A stretch of DNA of 62,599 nt, filler included, from Nitrospinota bacterium (GTDB taxonomy: Bacteria; JADFOP01): the NCBI GenBank assembly GCA_022562795.1. It is 3 parts of 3 records of this genome, joined end to end, with 100 filler letters (N's around TTAATTAATTAA, not from the genome) between each part and the next. Parts side by side here need not be neighbours in the genome. Positions count along the whole stretch, not along the records: positions 25,288 to 49,412 come from JADFOP010000035.1; positions 49,513 to 62,599 come from JADFOP010000005.1; 1 more part is not named here. One strand, written 5' to 3'. Each line of letters opens with the position of its first letter. Position 1 is the first letter of the stretch. The notes under the pieces are model-generated. The model worked only from the letters and a program-made list of their open reading frames with translations, made no database searches and was not told the origin of the DNA. Below are positions 38,572 through 49,513 of the stretch, one piece after another. A program made the position numbers and the translations under genes.

Positions 38572-39360
38572 TCAACCCTCGCCTATCAGCTCGGCCACCT
38601 TCGCCCGAATATCCAATGCCCGCATAAAGCTCTCACCGATAAGGACCGCATCCACGCCGGCTTTCCGAAGCCTGAGAAGATCATCCCGCGACTGGATGCC
38701 GCTTTCGCTGACGACGACCTTCCCATCTGGAACGCGGTTTATAAGGTCGAAAGTCACCCCCAGGTCGACTTCAAACGATTTAAGATTTCTGTTGTTGATG
38801 CCTATTATAGACGCCCCCAGGGAAATAGCGCGGTCGAGCTCTTCGGCCGTGTGCACCTCCATGAGAACATGGAGCCCCAAGGCTTGGGCTGCGCTGAAGC
38901 ACTCTTCCAAGCCCGCATCGTCGAGGGCGGCAGCGATCAGGAGCACTGCGTCGGCCCCCGCAACCCTCGACTCGGTGACCTGGTAGGGGTGGATGATAAA
39001 CTCCTTTCTCAAGATAGGCAGCTTGACGGCGCGGCGGATAGTGGTGACGTATTCGAGTCGCCCCTGGAAGTGGCGCTCGTTGGTTAAGACGCTAATGGCC
39101 GCCGCCCCCCCAGCCTCGAAGGCCGAGGCGATCTCCACCGGATTAAACTCTTCCCGGAGCAGACCTTTAGACGGGGAGGCCCGCTTCGCTTCAGCAATGA
39201 CGCTCGGCACAGGCCCCTCGGCTTGAAGCGCCCCATGAAAGTCACGAACGGGGTCGGACGAGGCGAGGGCCTCCTCAAGGCTGCTGAGCGGAATCTCCCT
39301 CATGCGCCGGTCGAGCTCCGCGGCCGTCTCTTCCAAGATGACCTCTAAGATGGCGCTCAC
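38572..39360 (-). CDS. trpC: Indole-3-glycerol phosphate synthase
   Basis: AEAKRASPSKG, ISVLT, GINNRNL, SESGI. Confidence 0.96.
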   Translation of the reverse strand: MSAILEVILEETAAELDRRMREIPLSSLEEALASSDPVRDFHGALQAEGPVPSVIAEAKRASPSKGLLREEFNPVEIASAFEAGGAAAISVLTNERHFQGRLEYVTTIRRAVKLPILRKEFIIHPYQVTESRVAGADAVLLIAAALDDAGLEECFSAAQALGLHVLMEVHTAEELDRAISLGASIIGINNRNLKSFEVDLGVTFDLINRVPDGKVVVSESGIQSRDDLLRLRKAGVDAVLIGESFMRALDIRAKVAELIGEG

Positions 39361-40397
39361 CTCTTTTCCTCTTGCCCAGCCACCGCAGCCAGAGAGAACT
39401 CCAGGAGCCGCTCGAGAACGCGTGCTGCCTCTCCGGAGTCAATGGCCTCGGCGGCAAGCTCTACTCCTTCTGCCAGCGTTTCCGCCCCGCCAGCGCAGTA
39501 TACGGCTGCCCCGGCGTTGGCCAGGACAATCTCTCTGCGGGGGCCCGGCTCTCCTTCAAGAACGGCCCTGGCGATGGCCGAATTGACCTCCACATCGCCA
39601 CCCCGAATCGCCTCCGGGTCGTCGGCTTTGTTGAGACCCAGGGTTTTGGGGTCAATGCTGTATGTCCTTACCTCGCCGTCTTTCAATTCGCTCACAACGG
39701 TTGGCCCGTATATCGTAATCTCATCGAGGCCATCCGACCCGTGGACGACTAGCGCCCTTTCGGCGCCTAAATGGTTTAGGACGTGCGCAAGAGGCTCAAC
39801 CCAGCGCTCCGCGAAGACGCCCATCACCTGGGCCTTTGCCCCCGCGGGGTTGGTCAACGGGCCCAACAGATTAAAGATCGTCCGAAAGCCGAGCTCCCTG
39901 CGGGTGGCCGCCGCATGACGCATCGCCGGATGAAAGGAGGGGGCAAAGAGGAACCCGATCCCTACCTCCTCGATTGAGCGGGCGGCGACCTCAGGCGGGA
40001 CATCAACGGCGATCCCCAGGCCCTCAAGGAGGTCGGCAGACCCGCAACGAGACGTAACCGAGCGGTTGCCGTGCTTTGCAATCTTGACCCCAGCCCCGGA
40101 GGCTACGAAGGACGCCACAGTGGAGATGTTGAACGTGCCCTTGTGGTCACCGCCCGTCCCGCAGGTGTCAACAAGCAGCCCTTCGAAGGGTCCGACGGTG
40201 ATAGCGGCCTGCTTCATGGCTCTGGCGCACCCGGTGATTTCGGCGACCGACTCCCCTTTCATTTTTAAAGCGGTGAGGAACGCTCCGACCTGGGCGGGCG
40301 TCGCCCGGTTCTCCATGATGGCTTCCATGGCCTCAAAGGCCTCATCCTCTTCGAGACCTATTCCATCTGATATCTTAGCTACAGCTTTTTGAATCAT
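39357..40397 (-). CDS. trpD: Anthranilate phosphoribosyltransferase
   Basis: DTCGTGGD, NIST, KHGNRS, GPLTNP, DGLDE. Confidence 0.97.
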   Translation of the reverse strand: MIQKAVAKISDGIGLEEDEAFEAMEAIMENRATPAQVGAFLTALKMKGESVAEITGCARAMKQAAITVGPFEGLLVDTCGTGGDHKGTFNISTVASFVASGAGVKIAKHGNRSVTSRCGSADLLEGLGIAVDVPPEVAARSIEEVGIGFLFAPSFHPAMRHAAATRRELGFRTIFNLLGPLTNPAGAKAQVMGVFAERWVEPLAHVLNHLGAERALVVHGSDGLDEITIYGPTVVSELKDGEVRTYSIDPKTLGLNKADDPEAIRGGDVEVNSAIARAVLEGEPGPRREIVLANAGAAVYCAGGAETLAEGVELAAEAIDSGEAARVLERLLEFSLAAVAGQEEKR

Positions 40398-40407
40398 TGC
40401 CTTACAG

Positions 40408-40971
40408 CTATAGAGTTAAGAAATTGCTTAAAATGTTCTTCCCCTCAGAGGTCAGGATGCTCTCAGGGTGGAATTGAACCCCCTCGACCGGGTACTCTTT
40501 GTGGCGCAGGCCCATTATCTCTCCCTCTCGTGTCTCGGCGCTTATCTCCAAGCAGTCGGGCAGCGTCGAGCGCTCCACGACGAGGGAGTGGTAGCGGGTC
40601 GCTTCGAAGGGGCTTGGCACCCCCCCATAGATGCTCAATCCATCATGCTCAATCATGGAAGTCTTGCCATGCATGAGCCTTTCGGCGCGTACAACAAGCC
40701 CCCCGAAAGCTTGGCCTATGGACTGATGCCCCAAGCAGACGCCGAGTATAGGCAACTTTCCGGAGAAGTGGTTGACCACATCTATCGAGATTCCAGCCTC
40801 GCTTGGCGTGCAAGGGCCAGGCGATATGACGATCCTCTCGGGTGCGAGCTCCTCAATTTCCTCGAGCGTAATCTTGTCGTTGCGCCAGACCTGGGGCTCC
40901 TGGCCCAGCTCCCCCAGATACTGGACGAGGTTGTAGGTGAAGGAGTCGTAATTGTCGATGACCAATATCAC
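40408..40971 (-). CDS. trpG: Anthranilate synthase component II
   Basis: [24 protein letters not shown]. Confidence 0.93.
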   Translation of the reverse strand: MILVIDNYDSFTYNLVQYLGELGQEPQVWRNDKITLEEIEELAPERIVISPGPCTPSEAGISIDVVNHFSGKLPILGVCLGHQSIGQAFGGLVVRAERLMHGKTSMIEHDGLSIYGGVPSPFEATRYHSLVVERSTLPDCLEISAETREGEIMGLRHKEYPVEGVQFHPESILTSEGKNILSNFLTL

Positions 40972-42449
40972 GCGTCGAGGCCCTCTTCGGCCAACTCGAT
41001 AGCCCTAACCAGGGCCCGGGCCTTATCCATCGTCTCCTCAAACTCCCGCTCAGGGTCGCTGTCGGCGACGATTCCAGCCCCCACCTGGAGATACGCCCTG
41101 TTGTTTTGGATAACCAGGGTGCGAATGGTGATGCAGGTCTCCATGTTGCCGCTGAAGGAAAAATACCCGATGGCCCCGGCGTAGGGGCCCCGCCTCGTCG
41201 GCTCCAATTCCTCGATAATTTCCATGGCTCGAATCTTCGGCGCACCCGAAACCGTCCCGGCAGGGAAGCAGGCCCTCAAGACGTCGTAACCAGTGCAATC
41301 AGGCCTTATGGTGCCGATTACGTTTGAGACGATGTGAGTGACATGGGAGTACTTTTCAATGAGCATCAACTCGTCGACCTCAACGCTTCCAAGCACGCTC
41401 ACTCGGCCCAGGTCGTTTCGGCCCAAATCAACGAGCATGATATGCTCGGCCCGCTCCTTGGGGTCGCTTAGTAGCTCACGAACTAGAGCTTCGTCTTCTT
41501 GCTCCGTCTCTCCCCGAGGCCTGGTGCCGGCGAGGGGCCGGAGGATGAGCTTGCTCCCTTCTTGTCGCACAAGAATCTCCGGCGAGGAGCCCAAGATGGT
41601 AACCTCTTCGAGCTCCAAATAGTACATATAGGGCGAGGGGTTAATGGTTCGGAGCGCTCGGTAGATATTGAAGGGGTGCGAGCGAATGTCGGTGGCGAGC
41701 CGTTGAGAAAGCACCGTCTGGACGCAGTCTCCGGCGGTGATGTATTCCTTGGTGCGCTCGACAGCCCTCAGAAAATCGTCCTTGGCGAAGTTGCTCGTCA
41801 TGGCAACCGGGCCGACCCTGGGCGGCGGAAGCTTGGGCGGCTCCGCCGGGCCCCTGAGCTTTTCGATGAGGAGATGAATCTTGTCGCACGCATCCTGGTA
41901 GGCCTCCTCCAGGGATCGCCCCTCAACGTACGCGTTGCTTACGACCTTTATCTTCTGGAGGATGTTGTCGAAGATGAGTATGGTATCGGTTATGAGGAAA
42001 ACCATGTCCGGCAGGTCGAGGTCGTCGTCGGTCTCATCGGGCAGGGACTCGAAGAACCGCACCATATCGTAGCTCAGGTAGCCCACGGCCCCTCCGAAAA
42101 AGCGTGGGAGGCCGTCAACTGTCGCCGGCCGGTATGCCGACAAAATCTCCTCCAGGGCATCCAGCGGGTCGGTCTCTATAGACCTGGTCTCTTCCACCCC
42201 GTTTCGCTTGACCGTAAGGGTTCGGCCTTTGCTGGAGACGACGACCTCCGGCTGGCCGCCTAGAAAGGTGTAGCGGGCCCACTTCTCCCCCCCCTCTACG
42301 CTCTCAAGGAGGTAGGAGTTCGAGCCCCCGATTTTCAGATACGCGCTGACGGGGGTCTCCAGGTCGGCCATAATCTCCCGGTAAACCGGGATGAGGTTGC
42401 CCTCTTCGGCCTTGGCGCAGAACTCCTCAAATGTTGGTACGAATGACAC
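40968..42449 (-). CDS. trpE: Anthranilate synthase component I
   Basis: [31 protein letters not shown]. Confidence 0.95.
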   Translation of the reverse strand: MSFVPTFEEFCAKAEEGNLIPVYREIMADLETPVSAYLKIGGSNSYLLESVEGGEKWARYTFLGGQPEVVVSSKGRTLTVKRNGVEETRSIETDPLDALEEILSAYRPATVDGLPRFFGGAVGYLSYDMVRFFESLPDETDDDLDLPDMVFLITDTILIFDNILQKIKVVSNAYVEGRSLEEAYQDACDKIHLLIEKLRGPAEPPKLPPPRVGPVAMTSNFAKDDFLRAVERTKEYITAGDCVQTVLSQRLATDIRSHPFNIYRALRTINPSPYMYYLELEEVTILGSSPEILVRQEGSKLILRPLAGTRPRGETEQEDEALVRELLSDPKERAEHIMLVDLGRNDLGRVSVLGSVEVDELMLIEKYSHVTHIVSNVIGTIRPDCTGYDVLRACFPAGTVSGAPKIRAMEIIEELEPTRRGPYAGAIGYFSFSGNMETCITIRTLVIQNNRAYLQVGAGIVADSDPEREFEETMDKARALVRAIELAEEGLDA

Positions 42450-42530
42450 AAATGACCTCCCGAAAATGCTCCACCCCTAACACACTGGCCTCAGCGTGTC
42501 AAGCTCAACACACAAATATGCCTTTGAAGC

Positions 42531-43265
42531 TCAATAGGTTACCTCAAGGAGGAAGAGCCCTTGAGGAGGCGCGGTTGGCCCCGCCTGGCTCCGATCACGG
42601 CTCTCTAGAATAGCCTTCACATCGTCGGGCCGACGGTAGCCACGGCCAACATCAACCAAGGTGCCGACAATGGTGCGGACCATGTGGCGGAGAAAACCGT
42701 CCGCCTCCGCGAGGAAAATCAGGTCTCGTCCCCGCTCGTAAACCTCCAGACGAAAGAGCGTCCTGACGTAGCTTTTGGCCGTAGACGAGGTGGCCATGAA
42801 AGCAGAAAAGTCGCATCTTCCCACCAAATATTGGGTTGCCTGGCGCATGGCCGCCACATCGAGAGCATAATCGACCTCCCACCCGTACCGGCAGCCAAAA
42901 GCTGAGCGGGTCTCACCTTGTAGGACCACGTAGCGGTATAGCTTTCGCTTCACCGAGTACCTGGCGTGGAAACCCTCGCCCTCTTCAGAAACCTCGCGGA
43001 TGGCAATGTCTCGGGGCAGCAGCCCGTTGAGGGCCCGCCGGAACTCATCCGCCGTCATTTCCGAGCTGGTCTTGAAGTGGGCGACCTGGCCGATGGCATG
43101 AACGCCGGCGTCGGTCCGCCCGCTGCCTTCAACCCGTATTTCCTCTCCGGTTATCGTCCGAAGGGCGTCTTGCAAGCGGCCCTGGATTGTATCTTGAGCG
43201 GGCTGGACCTGCCATCCTGCGTAGTTGGTCCCATCATACTCCAAAAGAACCTTAATCGTTCGCAT
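42531..43265 (-). CDS. truA: tRNA pseudouridine(38-40) synthase
   Basis: YDGTNYAGWQ, GRTDAGVHA, FLRHMVR, TAPPQGL. Confidence 0.97.
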   Translation of the reverse strand: MRTIKVLLEYDGTNYAGWQVQPAQDTIQGRLQDALRTITGEEIRVEGSGRTDAGVHAIGQVAHFKTSSEMTADEFRRALNGLLPRDIAIREVSEEGEGFHARYSVKRKLYRYVVLQGETRSAFGCRYGWEVDYALDVAAMRQATQYLVGRCDFSAFMATSSTAKSYVRTLFRLEVYERGRDLIFLAEADGFLRHMVRTIVGTLVDVGRGYRRPDDVKAILESRDRSQAGPTAPPQGLFLLEVTY

Positions 43266-43271
43266 CCTGCC

Positions 43272-46112
43272 CTACCCCGCTTTCTTAAGCTCGAGGACGC
43301 TCCGCAGCGCCTGGCCCGTATACGAGGCCTCCAGTCCGGCTAGATCTTCCGGGGCGCCCTCGGCCACGATCCAGCCCCCCTCGCCCCCCCCTTCCGGACC
43401 AAGGTCGATGATGTGATCGGCTGTCTTGATGACGTCGAGGTTATGCTCGATTACCACCACCGTGTTGCCCTGCTCGGTGAGGCGATTGAGCACTCCGAGG
43501 AGCTTCTCGATGTCTGCGAAGTGGAGGCCCGTAGTGGGCTCATCGAGAATATAGAAGGTTCTGCCCGTGGAACGGCGGGAAAGCTCCTTGGAGAGCTTGA
43601 CCCGCTGAGCCTCGCCTCCTGAAAGAGTCGTGGCCGACTGGCCCAAAGTGATGTAGCCAAGCCCTACCTCAGCCAGGGTCTCGAGCTTGCCCTGGATTCT
43701 AGGGATATGCTCGAAGAAGGCCAACGCCTGGTTGACGGTCATCGCCAACACATCGGCTATTGAACTGCCTTTATACGTAGCATCAAGGGTTTCCCGGTTA
43801 AAGCGGCGCCCCTGGCACTGGTCGCAGGTAACGTAGATGTCCGGAAGGAAGTGCATCTCGATCTTGATTAGGCCTCCGCCTTCACAGGACTCACACCGCC
43901 CACCCTTCAGGTTGAAGCTGAACCGACCGGGTTTGTAGCCTCGTTTTCGGGATTCTGGCACCTGGCTGAAGAGTTCCCGGATGTATGTAAAGACCCCCGT
44001 GTAAGTGGCAGGATTGCTCCTGGGCGTCCGCCCAATGGGGGACTGATCGATGTCGATGACCTTATCCAGGTACTCCACCCCGCGAATAGTGCCGAAGGCC
44101 CCAGGGCGAACGCTGCTATTGGAGAGACGTTGGGCAAGGGCCGGGTAAATAATATCGAGCAGCAGGGTGCTCTTGCCCGACCCCGACACCCCGGTAACGC
44201 AGGTGAACAACCCCAAGGGGATCCGGACGTCGATCTCCTTGAGGTTATGCTGCTGGCATCGCTGCACCGAGAGGAAGGCCTTGCCCGGTCGGCGCCGCCT
44301 CGTCGGGACGGCTATGGTGAGCTCGCCCGAAAGATAACGGCCCGTAAGTGAACTCCGATTGGCAATAATAGCCTTGGGCGGCCCTGTGGCGACCACGTGC
44401 CCCCCCCGGATCCCCGCACCGGGCCCTAGATCGACTACGTGGTCCCCAGAGAGGATGGTTTCCCGATCATGTTCCACCACGATTACGGTGTTGCCCAAGT
44501 CCCTAAGGCGCAGGAGCGTCTCCAGCAGCTTTCGGTTGTCTCTCTGATGAAGCCCTATCGAGGGCTCGTCAAGAATATAGAGGACCCCGACGAGGCTCGA
44601 GCCGATCTGGGTAGCAAGCCTGATCCGCTGGCCTTCGCCTCCAGCCAGGGTGGCGCTCGGGCGCTCAAGGCTCAAATAGTCTAGTCCGACGTTGATGAGA
44701 AACTGCAGGCGCTCGCGTATTTCCTTTAAGATTCGCCCGCCGACCTCCTCCGCATGGGACGGCAGGGTTAGATCGTCGAAGAACTCCTTGGCTTTAGCTA
44801 TCGCCAGCCCCGTCACCTGGGCGATGGAGAGCCCGCCGACCGTCACCGCCAAACTTTCCGGACGGAGCCTGCTGGAGGAGCACGCGGTGCACGGCCTCAA
44901 GCCCATGTAGCGCCCCACTTTTTCGCGAATGAAGGCGCTGCCGCCCTCACTGTAACGCCGTGCGAGGTAGCCGATGACCCCTTCAAAGGGGCGGTGAAAG
45001 AAAACCTGCCGGCGCCCCCTCATGTAAGAGAAGCGGACGGGCTCGCCCTCGGAGCCGTAAAGAATGAGATGCCGGGTTGCCCCGTCAAGCTCACTAAACG
45101 GGGTTGACATGGAAAAACCGTATTGGTCGGCCAGGGCCTCCAGTATCCGGTTGAAATACGCCGAGCTTTTCCGCTCCCACGGCCTTAGAGCTCCCCCTGC
45201 AAGGCTCTTGGAAGGGTCCGGCACCACGAGGTCCGGGTCCACCTCTCGTAGCGAGCCCAGCCCGTCACAGTCGGGACACGCGCCGTGGGGGCTGTTGAAG
45301 GAAAAAAGACGAGGCTCCAGCTCCGGAAACGAGCGCCCGCATGGGATGCACGCGAACTGCTCGCTGAAAAAGAGCTCCTCACCACCCAAGAGATCGACAA
45401 TCACGATGCCGTCTGCAAGCCCCATGGCCGTCTCCACGCTGTCGGTCAAGCGGCTCGCGACCTCAGGCGTGATGATCAAGCGATCAACGACGGCCTCAAT
45501 CGTGTGCTTCTTCGTCTTGGCCAGCACGATTGTTTCGGAGAGGTCGCGCACCTCTCCATCAATCCGGGCCCTGACGAACCCCTTACGGGCCAGATCATCG
45601 AGCTCTTTCTTATACTCCCCCTTCCGCTCCCTGACGATGGGGGCCAGAATCTGGCACCGGGTTCCTTTCGGGATGGCCAGAAGGCGGTCGACGATCTCCT
45701 GGGCCGATTGGCTTGCGATGGGCCTGGAACATTCCACGCAGTGGGGCTCGCCAATACGGGTGAAGAGGAGACGCAGGTAGTCGTAAATTTCCGTGACGGT
45801 GCCTACGGTCGAGCGGGGGTTTTTGGAGGTCGTCTTCTGCTCGATTGCGATGGCGGGGCTTAAGCCCTCGATTGAGTCCACATCGGGCTTTTCCATCTGC
45901 TCGAGAAACTGACGTGCATAGGCCGAGAGGCTCTCGACGTAGCGTCGCTGGCCCTCGGCGTAGATTGTGTCGAAGGCGAGCGAGCTCTTGCCGGAGCCTG
46001 ATACTCCCGTAATGACTATCAGGGCGTCGCGGGGCAGGTCGAGATCGATGTTCTTGAGGTTGTGCTCCCTGGCGCCGCGAAGAACGATCCTTTTGCCTTG
46101 GTTTCGGGACAA
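43272..46112 (-). CDS. uvrA: Excinuclease ABC subunit A
   Basis: GAREHNLKN, two GVSGSGKS Walker A motifs, zinc fingers, LSGGEAQR. Confidence 0.98.
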   Translation of the reverse strand: MSRNQGKRIVLRGAREHNLKNIDLDLPRDALIVITGVSGSGKSSLAFDTIYAEGQRRYVESLSAYARQFLEQMEKPDVDSIEGLSPAIAIEQKTTSKNPRSTVGTVTEIYDYLRLLFTRIGEPHCVECSRPIASQSAQEIVDRLLAIPKGTRCQILAPIVRERKGEYKKELDDLARKGFVRARIDGEVRDLSETIVLAKTKKHTIEAVVDRLIITPEVASRLTDSVETAMGLADGIVIVDLLGGEELFFSEQFACIPCGRSFPELEPRLFSFNSPHGACPDCDGLGSLREVDPDLVVPDPSKSLAGGALRPWERKSSAYFNRILEALADQYGFSMSTPFSELDGATRHLILYGSEGEPVRFSYMRGRRQVFFHRPFEGVIGYLARRYSEGGSAFIREKVGRYMGLRPCTACSSSRLRPESLAVTVGGLSIAQVTGLAIAKAKEFFDDLTLPSHAEEVGGRILKEIRERLQFLINVGLDYLSLERPSATLAGGEGQRIRLATQIGSSLVGVLYILDEPSIGLHQRDNRKLLETLLRLRDLGNTVIVVEHDRETILSGDHVVDLGPGAGIRGGHVVATGPPKAIIANRSSLTGRYLSGELTIAVPTRRRRPGKAFLSVQRCQQHNLKEIDVRIPLGLFTCVTGVSGSGKSTLLLDIIYPALAQRLSNSSVRPGAFGTIRGVEYLDKVIDIDQSPIGRTPRSNPATYTGVFTYIRELFSQVPESRKRGYKPGRFSFNLKGGRCESCEGGGLIKIEMHFLPDIYVTCDQCQGRRFNRETLDATYKGSSIADVLAMTVNQALAFFEHIPRIQGKLETLAEVGLGYITLGQSATTLSGGEAQRVKLSKELSRRSTGRTFYILDEPTTGLHFADIEKLLGVLNRLTEQGNTVVVIEHNLDVIKTADHIIDLGPEGGGEGGWIVAEGAPEDLAGLEASYTGQALRSVLELKKAG

Positions 46113-46229
46113 CAGAGAACCCCTCCGCGTTAAGGACTTAAATAGTGAATTCTAGCACACCACGGTGGATTCTTACAGGGCTCGGCCCACGCCCACGCAC
46201 CCGCCCCCAATGGGCGGGAGCGTTTCGCC

Positions 46230-46258
46230 TTGACCCTCTTGTGGGGTGCCGATATACT
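46230..46258 (+). promoter_or_regulatory. Putative sigma70 promoter of the parA-like gene
   Basis: TTGACC-N17-TATACT. Confidence 0.55.
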
Positions 46259-46350
46259 GAGCCCGTCAATCCGTTGCGCAATCCACGCAACCACCCCAGC
46301 AGACCCAGTCTCCTCCCTTCCTCGGCTAGGGGCCAATGACCACACGACCA

Positions 46351-47124
46351 ATGCGAAAGATAGCTTTCCAAAACCTCAAGGGTGGCACCGGAAAGACGAC
46401 TTCCGCAGTGACGCTGGCCAGCCTCCTTTGCTCACGCGGCTACAAGGTCCTTCTTGTGGACATGGATGCCCAGGGTAACATCAAGGAGCACTTCGGACTA
46501 ACCCACCCCCATACCACGTACGATCTGCTGCTGGGAGAGGCTCCGGTCGATACGTGCCTCGCTGTCGCCCGCGACGGCCTTCACTGCATTATAAGCGACG
46601 CCACTCTGGCGTCATGCGAGAGTATCCTGATGAGCCGCCCACGGCGGGAAGAAGCACTGAGGCATTCTCTGGAAGCAATAGACGGCTACGATTTCGTCTT
46701 GGTTGACTCCCCCCCGTCCCTCTCAATTCTCAACCAGAATGCCCTTGTCTTTGCCGATGAGCTCATTATCCCGGTGAGCATGGACTATCTGGCTCTCCTG
46801 GGGGCGGCTCAGGTCGTGGAGCACCTGGCCCTCATCGAGCGCTACTTCGACAAAACCATCCGTGTGCTGGGGGTCCTGCCTACCTTTTTCGACCGAAGAA
46901 CCCGAATCAGCTCCGAGGTCTACGAGGCTCTCCAGGCCCGCTACGGTGAGCGAGTCTGGCCTCCCATTCGAATCGATACGAAGATTTCCCAGGCCCCGAG
47001 CGCTCGAAAGACGATCGACACATTCAGGCGTAACAGCCGTGGAGCGCAAGACTACGAGGCTGTCTGCGATCTGCTTATCGGCTCACCCCATCCCGTAGCC
47101 GAGACACCCACGACCCCCCAGTAG
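46351..47124 (+). CDS. ParA/Soj-family ATPase
   Basis: Deviant Walker A KGGTGKTT, DMDAQGN, DSPPS; no parB nearby. Confidence 0.9.
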   Translation: MRKIAFQNLKGGTGKTTSAVTLASLLCSRGYKVLLVDMDAQGNIKEHFGLTHPHTTYDLLLGEAPVDTCLAVARDGLHCIISDATLASCESILMSRPRREEALRHSLEAIDGYDFVLVDSPPSLSILNQNALVFADELIIPVSMDYLALLGAAQVVEHLALIERYFDKTIRVLGVLPTFFDRRTRISSEVYEALQARYGERVWPPIRIDTKISQAPSARKTIDTFRRNSRGAQDYEAVCDLLIGSPHPVAETPTTPQ

Positions 47125-47143
47125 GGTCTTGAAAGGAGCAGGC

Positions 47144-47686
47144 ATGAGCGAGAAAGAGAAGAAGGGAGACTCACCATCTGAGAAGAAGCCCTCCCCTAAG
47201 GACGCCCCCCCGAAACCGCCTCCAGAAGCCAAAGAAGCTCCCAAACCCCCTCCTCCTCCACCACCACCTCCGGCCGATCCAAGAAAGGAGGAGGTTATGG
47301 TCAAGCCTCAGAGGGAAGGTGGGGGCAACTTTATCTCGACGATGGCCATGGCCGTGGCCATCGGGAGCCTCCTCCTGACCGGCTTCTTCGCATTTGGTAA
47401 GACCCGCCCAAGGGGGAACGCCAAGTTGGTAGCAGAGATAAAAAAGACAACGTCTGGAGAGCTCAAGGCCCTCAAGGCAAGGGTCGCCGGGCTCGAAGCG
47501 GCTGTGAAAGATCTCAAAACGTTGGGGGGCCAGGCGAGCATGGTCAACACCCTCGACCTGAAACAAGCCCTCGTCTCGCTGCGCGAGGTGGGCAAGCATT
47601 CCTCGGGAGAGACCACCAAGCGAGTCGAGCAGGTAGAGGGAGCCCTCAAGGCGCTCATCAACGAGCTGGAAGCCAAAGGCCGATAG
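47144..47686 (+). CDS. Hypothetical single-pass membrane protein (Pro/Lys-rich N-terminus, coiled-coil C-terminus)
   Basis: AAAGGAG RBS, poly-Pro tract, TM segment MAMAVAIGSLLLTGFFAF. Confidence 0.75.
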   Translation: MSEKEKKGDSPSEKKPSPKDAPPKPPPEAKEAPKPPPPPPPPPADPRKEEVMVKPQREGGGNFISTMAMAVAIGSLLLTGFFAFGKTRPRGNAKLVAEIKKTTSGELKALKARVAGLEAAVKDLKTLGGQASMVNTLDLKQALVSLREVGKHSSGETTKRVEQVEGALKALINELEAKGR

Positions 47687-47705
47687 CCCGCCTTACGGCG
47701 CTTAG

Positions 47706-48413
47706 ATGGACTACACTGCGGCCATCGTCACAGTTGGTAACGAGCTTCTCAGCGGGGCGGTGGAGAACAGCAACGCCTCCTGGCTCGCGCGAGAACTCCT
47801 AGACTGCGGCATCCTCACCCAACTCATCATCACCCTTCCCGACGAGGTGCCCGTCATTGCCTGGCGCCTCCGGGAGGTCAGGGCGTCCTACGCCCACGTC
47901 TTCGTAACCGGAGGGGTGGGCCCCACCCCGGACGACGTGACCCGCGAGGCGGTCGCCGAGGCCCTCGAGCGGCCCATCGTCGACCACCCCGCGATGATCC
48001 GCCTCCTTGGCAAGATGTACGGGGATAAACTAACCCCCCAGGTCCTCGTCATGGCCCACCTTCCAAGTGGGGCGGAGCTGCTCTCCGAAGAGGGCCAGGT
48101 ATTCCCCGGCTTTCGCATAGAGAACATCTACGTCTTCCCAGGCATCCCAGAGCTCATGCAGGCTAACTTCGCCCTGCTGAAGCCCACCTTAAAGGGTGTG
48201 CCGTTCCAATCGAAGAGCTTCACCACCTCGGTAGGAGAATCCCAATACGCCGACCTCATGGCCGAAGCGATGGAGAATTTTCCCCAGGTCCTCTTCGGCT
48301 CCTACCCTAACCTTTCTGAAGAGCGATTCAAGGCGACCGTGACACTGCGGTCCCGCGACGCCGAAGCCCTGGAAGAAGCCTTGAGCTGGCTCACCGAAAG
48401 ATGGCCTGAGTAG
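47706..48413 (+). CDS. CinA-like molybdopterin-binding-domain protein without PncC domain
   Basis: VGNELLSG...N..WL, GGVGPTPDDVT, PGIP. Confidence 0.88.
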   Translation: MDYTAAIVTVGNELLSGAVENSNASWLARELLDCGILTQLIITLPDEVPVIAWRLREVRASYAHVFVTGGVGPTPDDVTREAVAEALERPIVDHPAMIRLLGKMYGDKLTPQVLVMAHLPSGAELLSEEGQVFPGFRIENIYVFPGIPELMQANFALLKPTLKGVPFQSKSFTTSVGESQYADLMAEAMENFPQVLFGSYPNLSEERFKATVTLRSRDAEALEEALSWLTERWPE

Positions 48414-48449
48414 GGGGGAATCGCACCATGCCGGAGCCCATACTTTAAT

Positions 48450-48478
48450 TGTAGTGGTTAAGAGCTTCCCGGACAGTA
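48450..48478 (+). repeat. 29-bp dispersed repeat, IS terminal-IR-like, copy 1
   Basis: TGTAGTGGTTAAGAGCTTCCCGGACAGTA; 27/29 identical to 62379-62407. Confidence 0.7.
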
Positions 48479-48604
48479 TAGCCTGAAAAAGCATCCTCTC
48501 GGCTTCCCCCCGCTCTGGTCAGAGATGAACCCCCCCTTCCCTTAACCTCTGAGGCGAAAATTCCGATTCTTACTATGGGGAATTAGATCCTGGGAAGGAT
48601 AACC

Positions 48605-48949
48605 ATGCGGAGACTCTTAGTCACAATCTTTGTCGCTTTGTTCCTCACGTTCGCCCTCACCTCGCCGCTGCCCGCGCCGGCCCTGTGGGCCGCTGAGAAG
48701 GTCCTGGGGCCCGACCATCCCGCAATGTCGTGCATATCGGCTGGCGAGAGGCGGTGCAAAGCGGGCCACATCCTGCTCGTCTGGGCCCTTGGCAACGTGA
48801 AGTGGGCCCTGCCCGAAGATTCAGAGCACCAAAGAAGTTTGGATGACTTGATTGAATTCTACAGCAACCCGGAGAGGCAGGACGAATGGATGAGGCAGTT
48901 CAAAGAGATAGACGAATTCTTAAAAGATGACACCCGAAGGCGATATTAA
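48605..48949 (+). CDS. Small exported hypothetical protein
   Basis: AAGGA RBS, signal peptide MRRLLVTIFVALFLTFAL. Confidence 0.6.
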   Translation: MRRLLVTIFVALFLTFALTSPLPAPALWAAEKVLGPDHPAMSCISAGERRCKAGHILLVWALGNVKWALPEDSEHQRSLDDLIEFYSNPERQDEWMRQFKEIDEFLKDDTRRRY

Positions 48950-49117
48950 TCCTAGCAAGGCTCTGTTACTAAATAATAAAACGACACCTCTTATGACTGT
49001 TCGCTGATAGTTTTAAACCCTTCTAATATTCAATATTCTATGGCGCGGTTGGACACTTTTAGGAAAATGTCAAAGGTGTCTAGAAGTGTCAAATGTGTCA
49101 AAGGGCTGCCTTGCGGG

Positions 49118-49411
49118 CTAGGAAGGCGGAATCGTGTCGAGGAGGCGGCGGATCGCGGGCGCCTCGGGGTGATTGGGGGCGATGTCGAGAACGCGCTTAA
49201 GATGGTGGCGTGCCCGCACCGCATCTCGCATCGTCTTCCAATAGAGCAGGCCCAGGTTCTTGTGGGCGACGGCCATCGAGGGATCAATCCCCACCGTCCG
49301 CTCCAGCTCCTCGATCGTTTCCCGGAAGCGGCGCTGCTGGCCGTAGAGGCTGGCCAGATTGAAGTGATACTCGGCGGAAGCCGGCTGCAGCTCGATGGCC
49401 CGCTGGTAGGC
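49118..49411 (-). CDS. TPR-repeat protein; 5' partial at gap
   Basis: AYQRAIELQP..AEYHFNLASLY...AVAHKNLGLLY...LDIAPNHPEA. Confidence 0.8.
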   Translation of the reverse strand, partial: AYQRAIELQPASAEYHFNLASLYGQQRRFRETIEELERTVGIDPSMAVAHKNLGLLYWKTMRDAVRARHHLKRVLDIAPNHPEAPAIRRLLDTIPPS

Positions 49412-49412
49412 G

Positions 49413-49512
49413 NNNNNNNNNNNNNNNNNNNNNNNNNNNNNNNNNNNNNNNNNNNNTTAATTAATTAANNNNNNNNNNNNNNNNNNNNNNNNNNNNNNNN
49501 NNNNNNNNNNNN
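49413..49512. other. Assembly gap / contig linker
   Basis: N-run + TTAATTAATTAA + N-run. Confidence 0.97.
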
Positions 49513-49513
49513 C

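Noticed and set aside
42450-42530. trp attenuator or T-box upstream of trpE
   Set aside because: The spacer is only about 80 bp, with no Trp-codon leader peptide or T-box sequence.
46113-46229. LexA/SOS box upstream of uvrA
   Set aside because: No clear CTGT-N8-ACAG or GAAC-N4-GTTC match seen.
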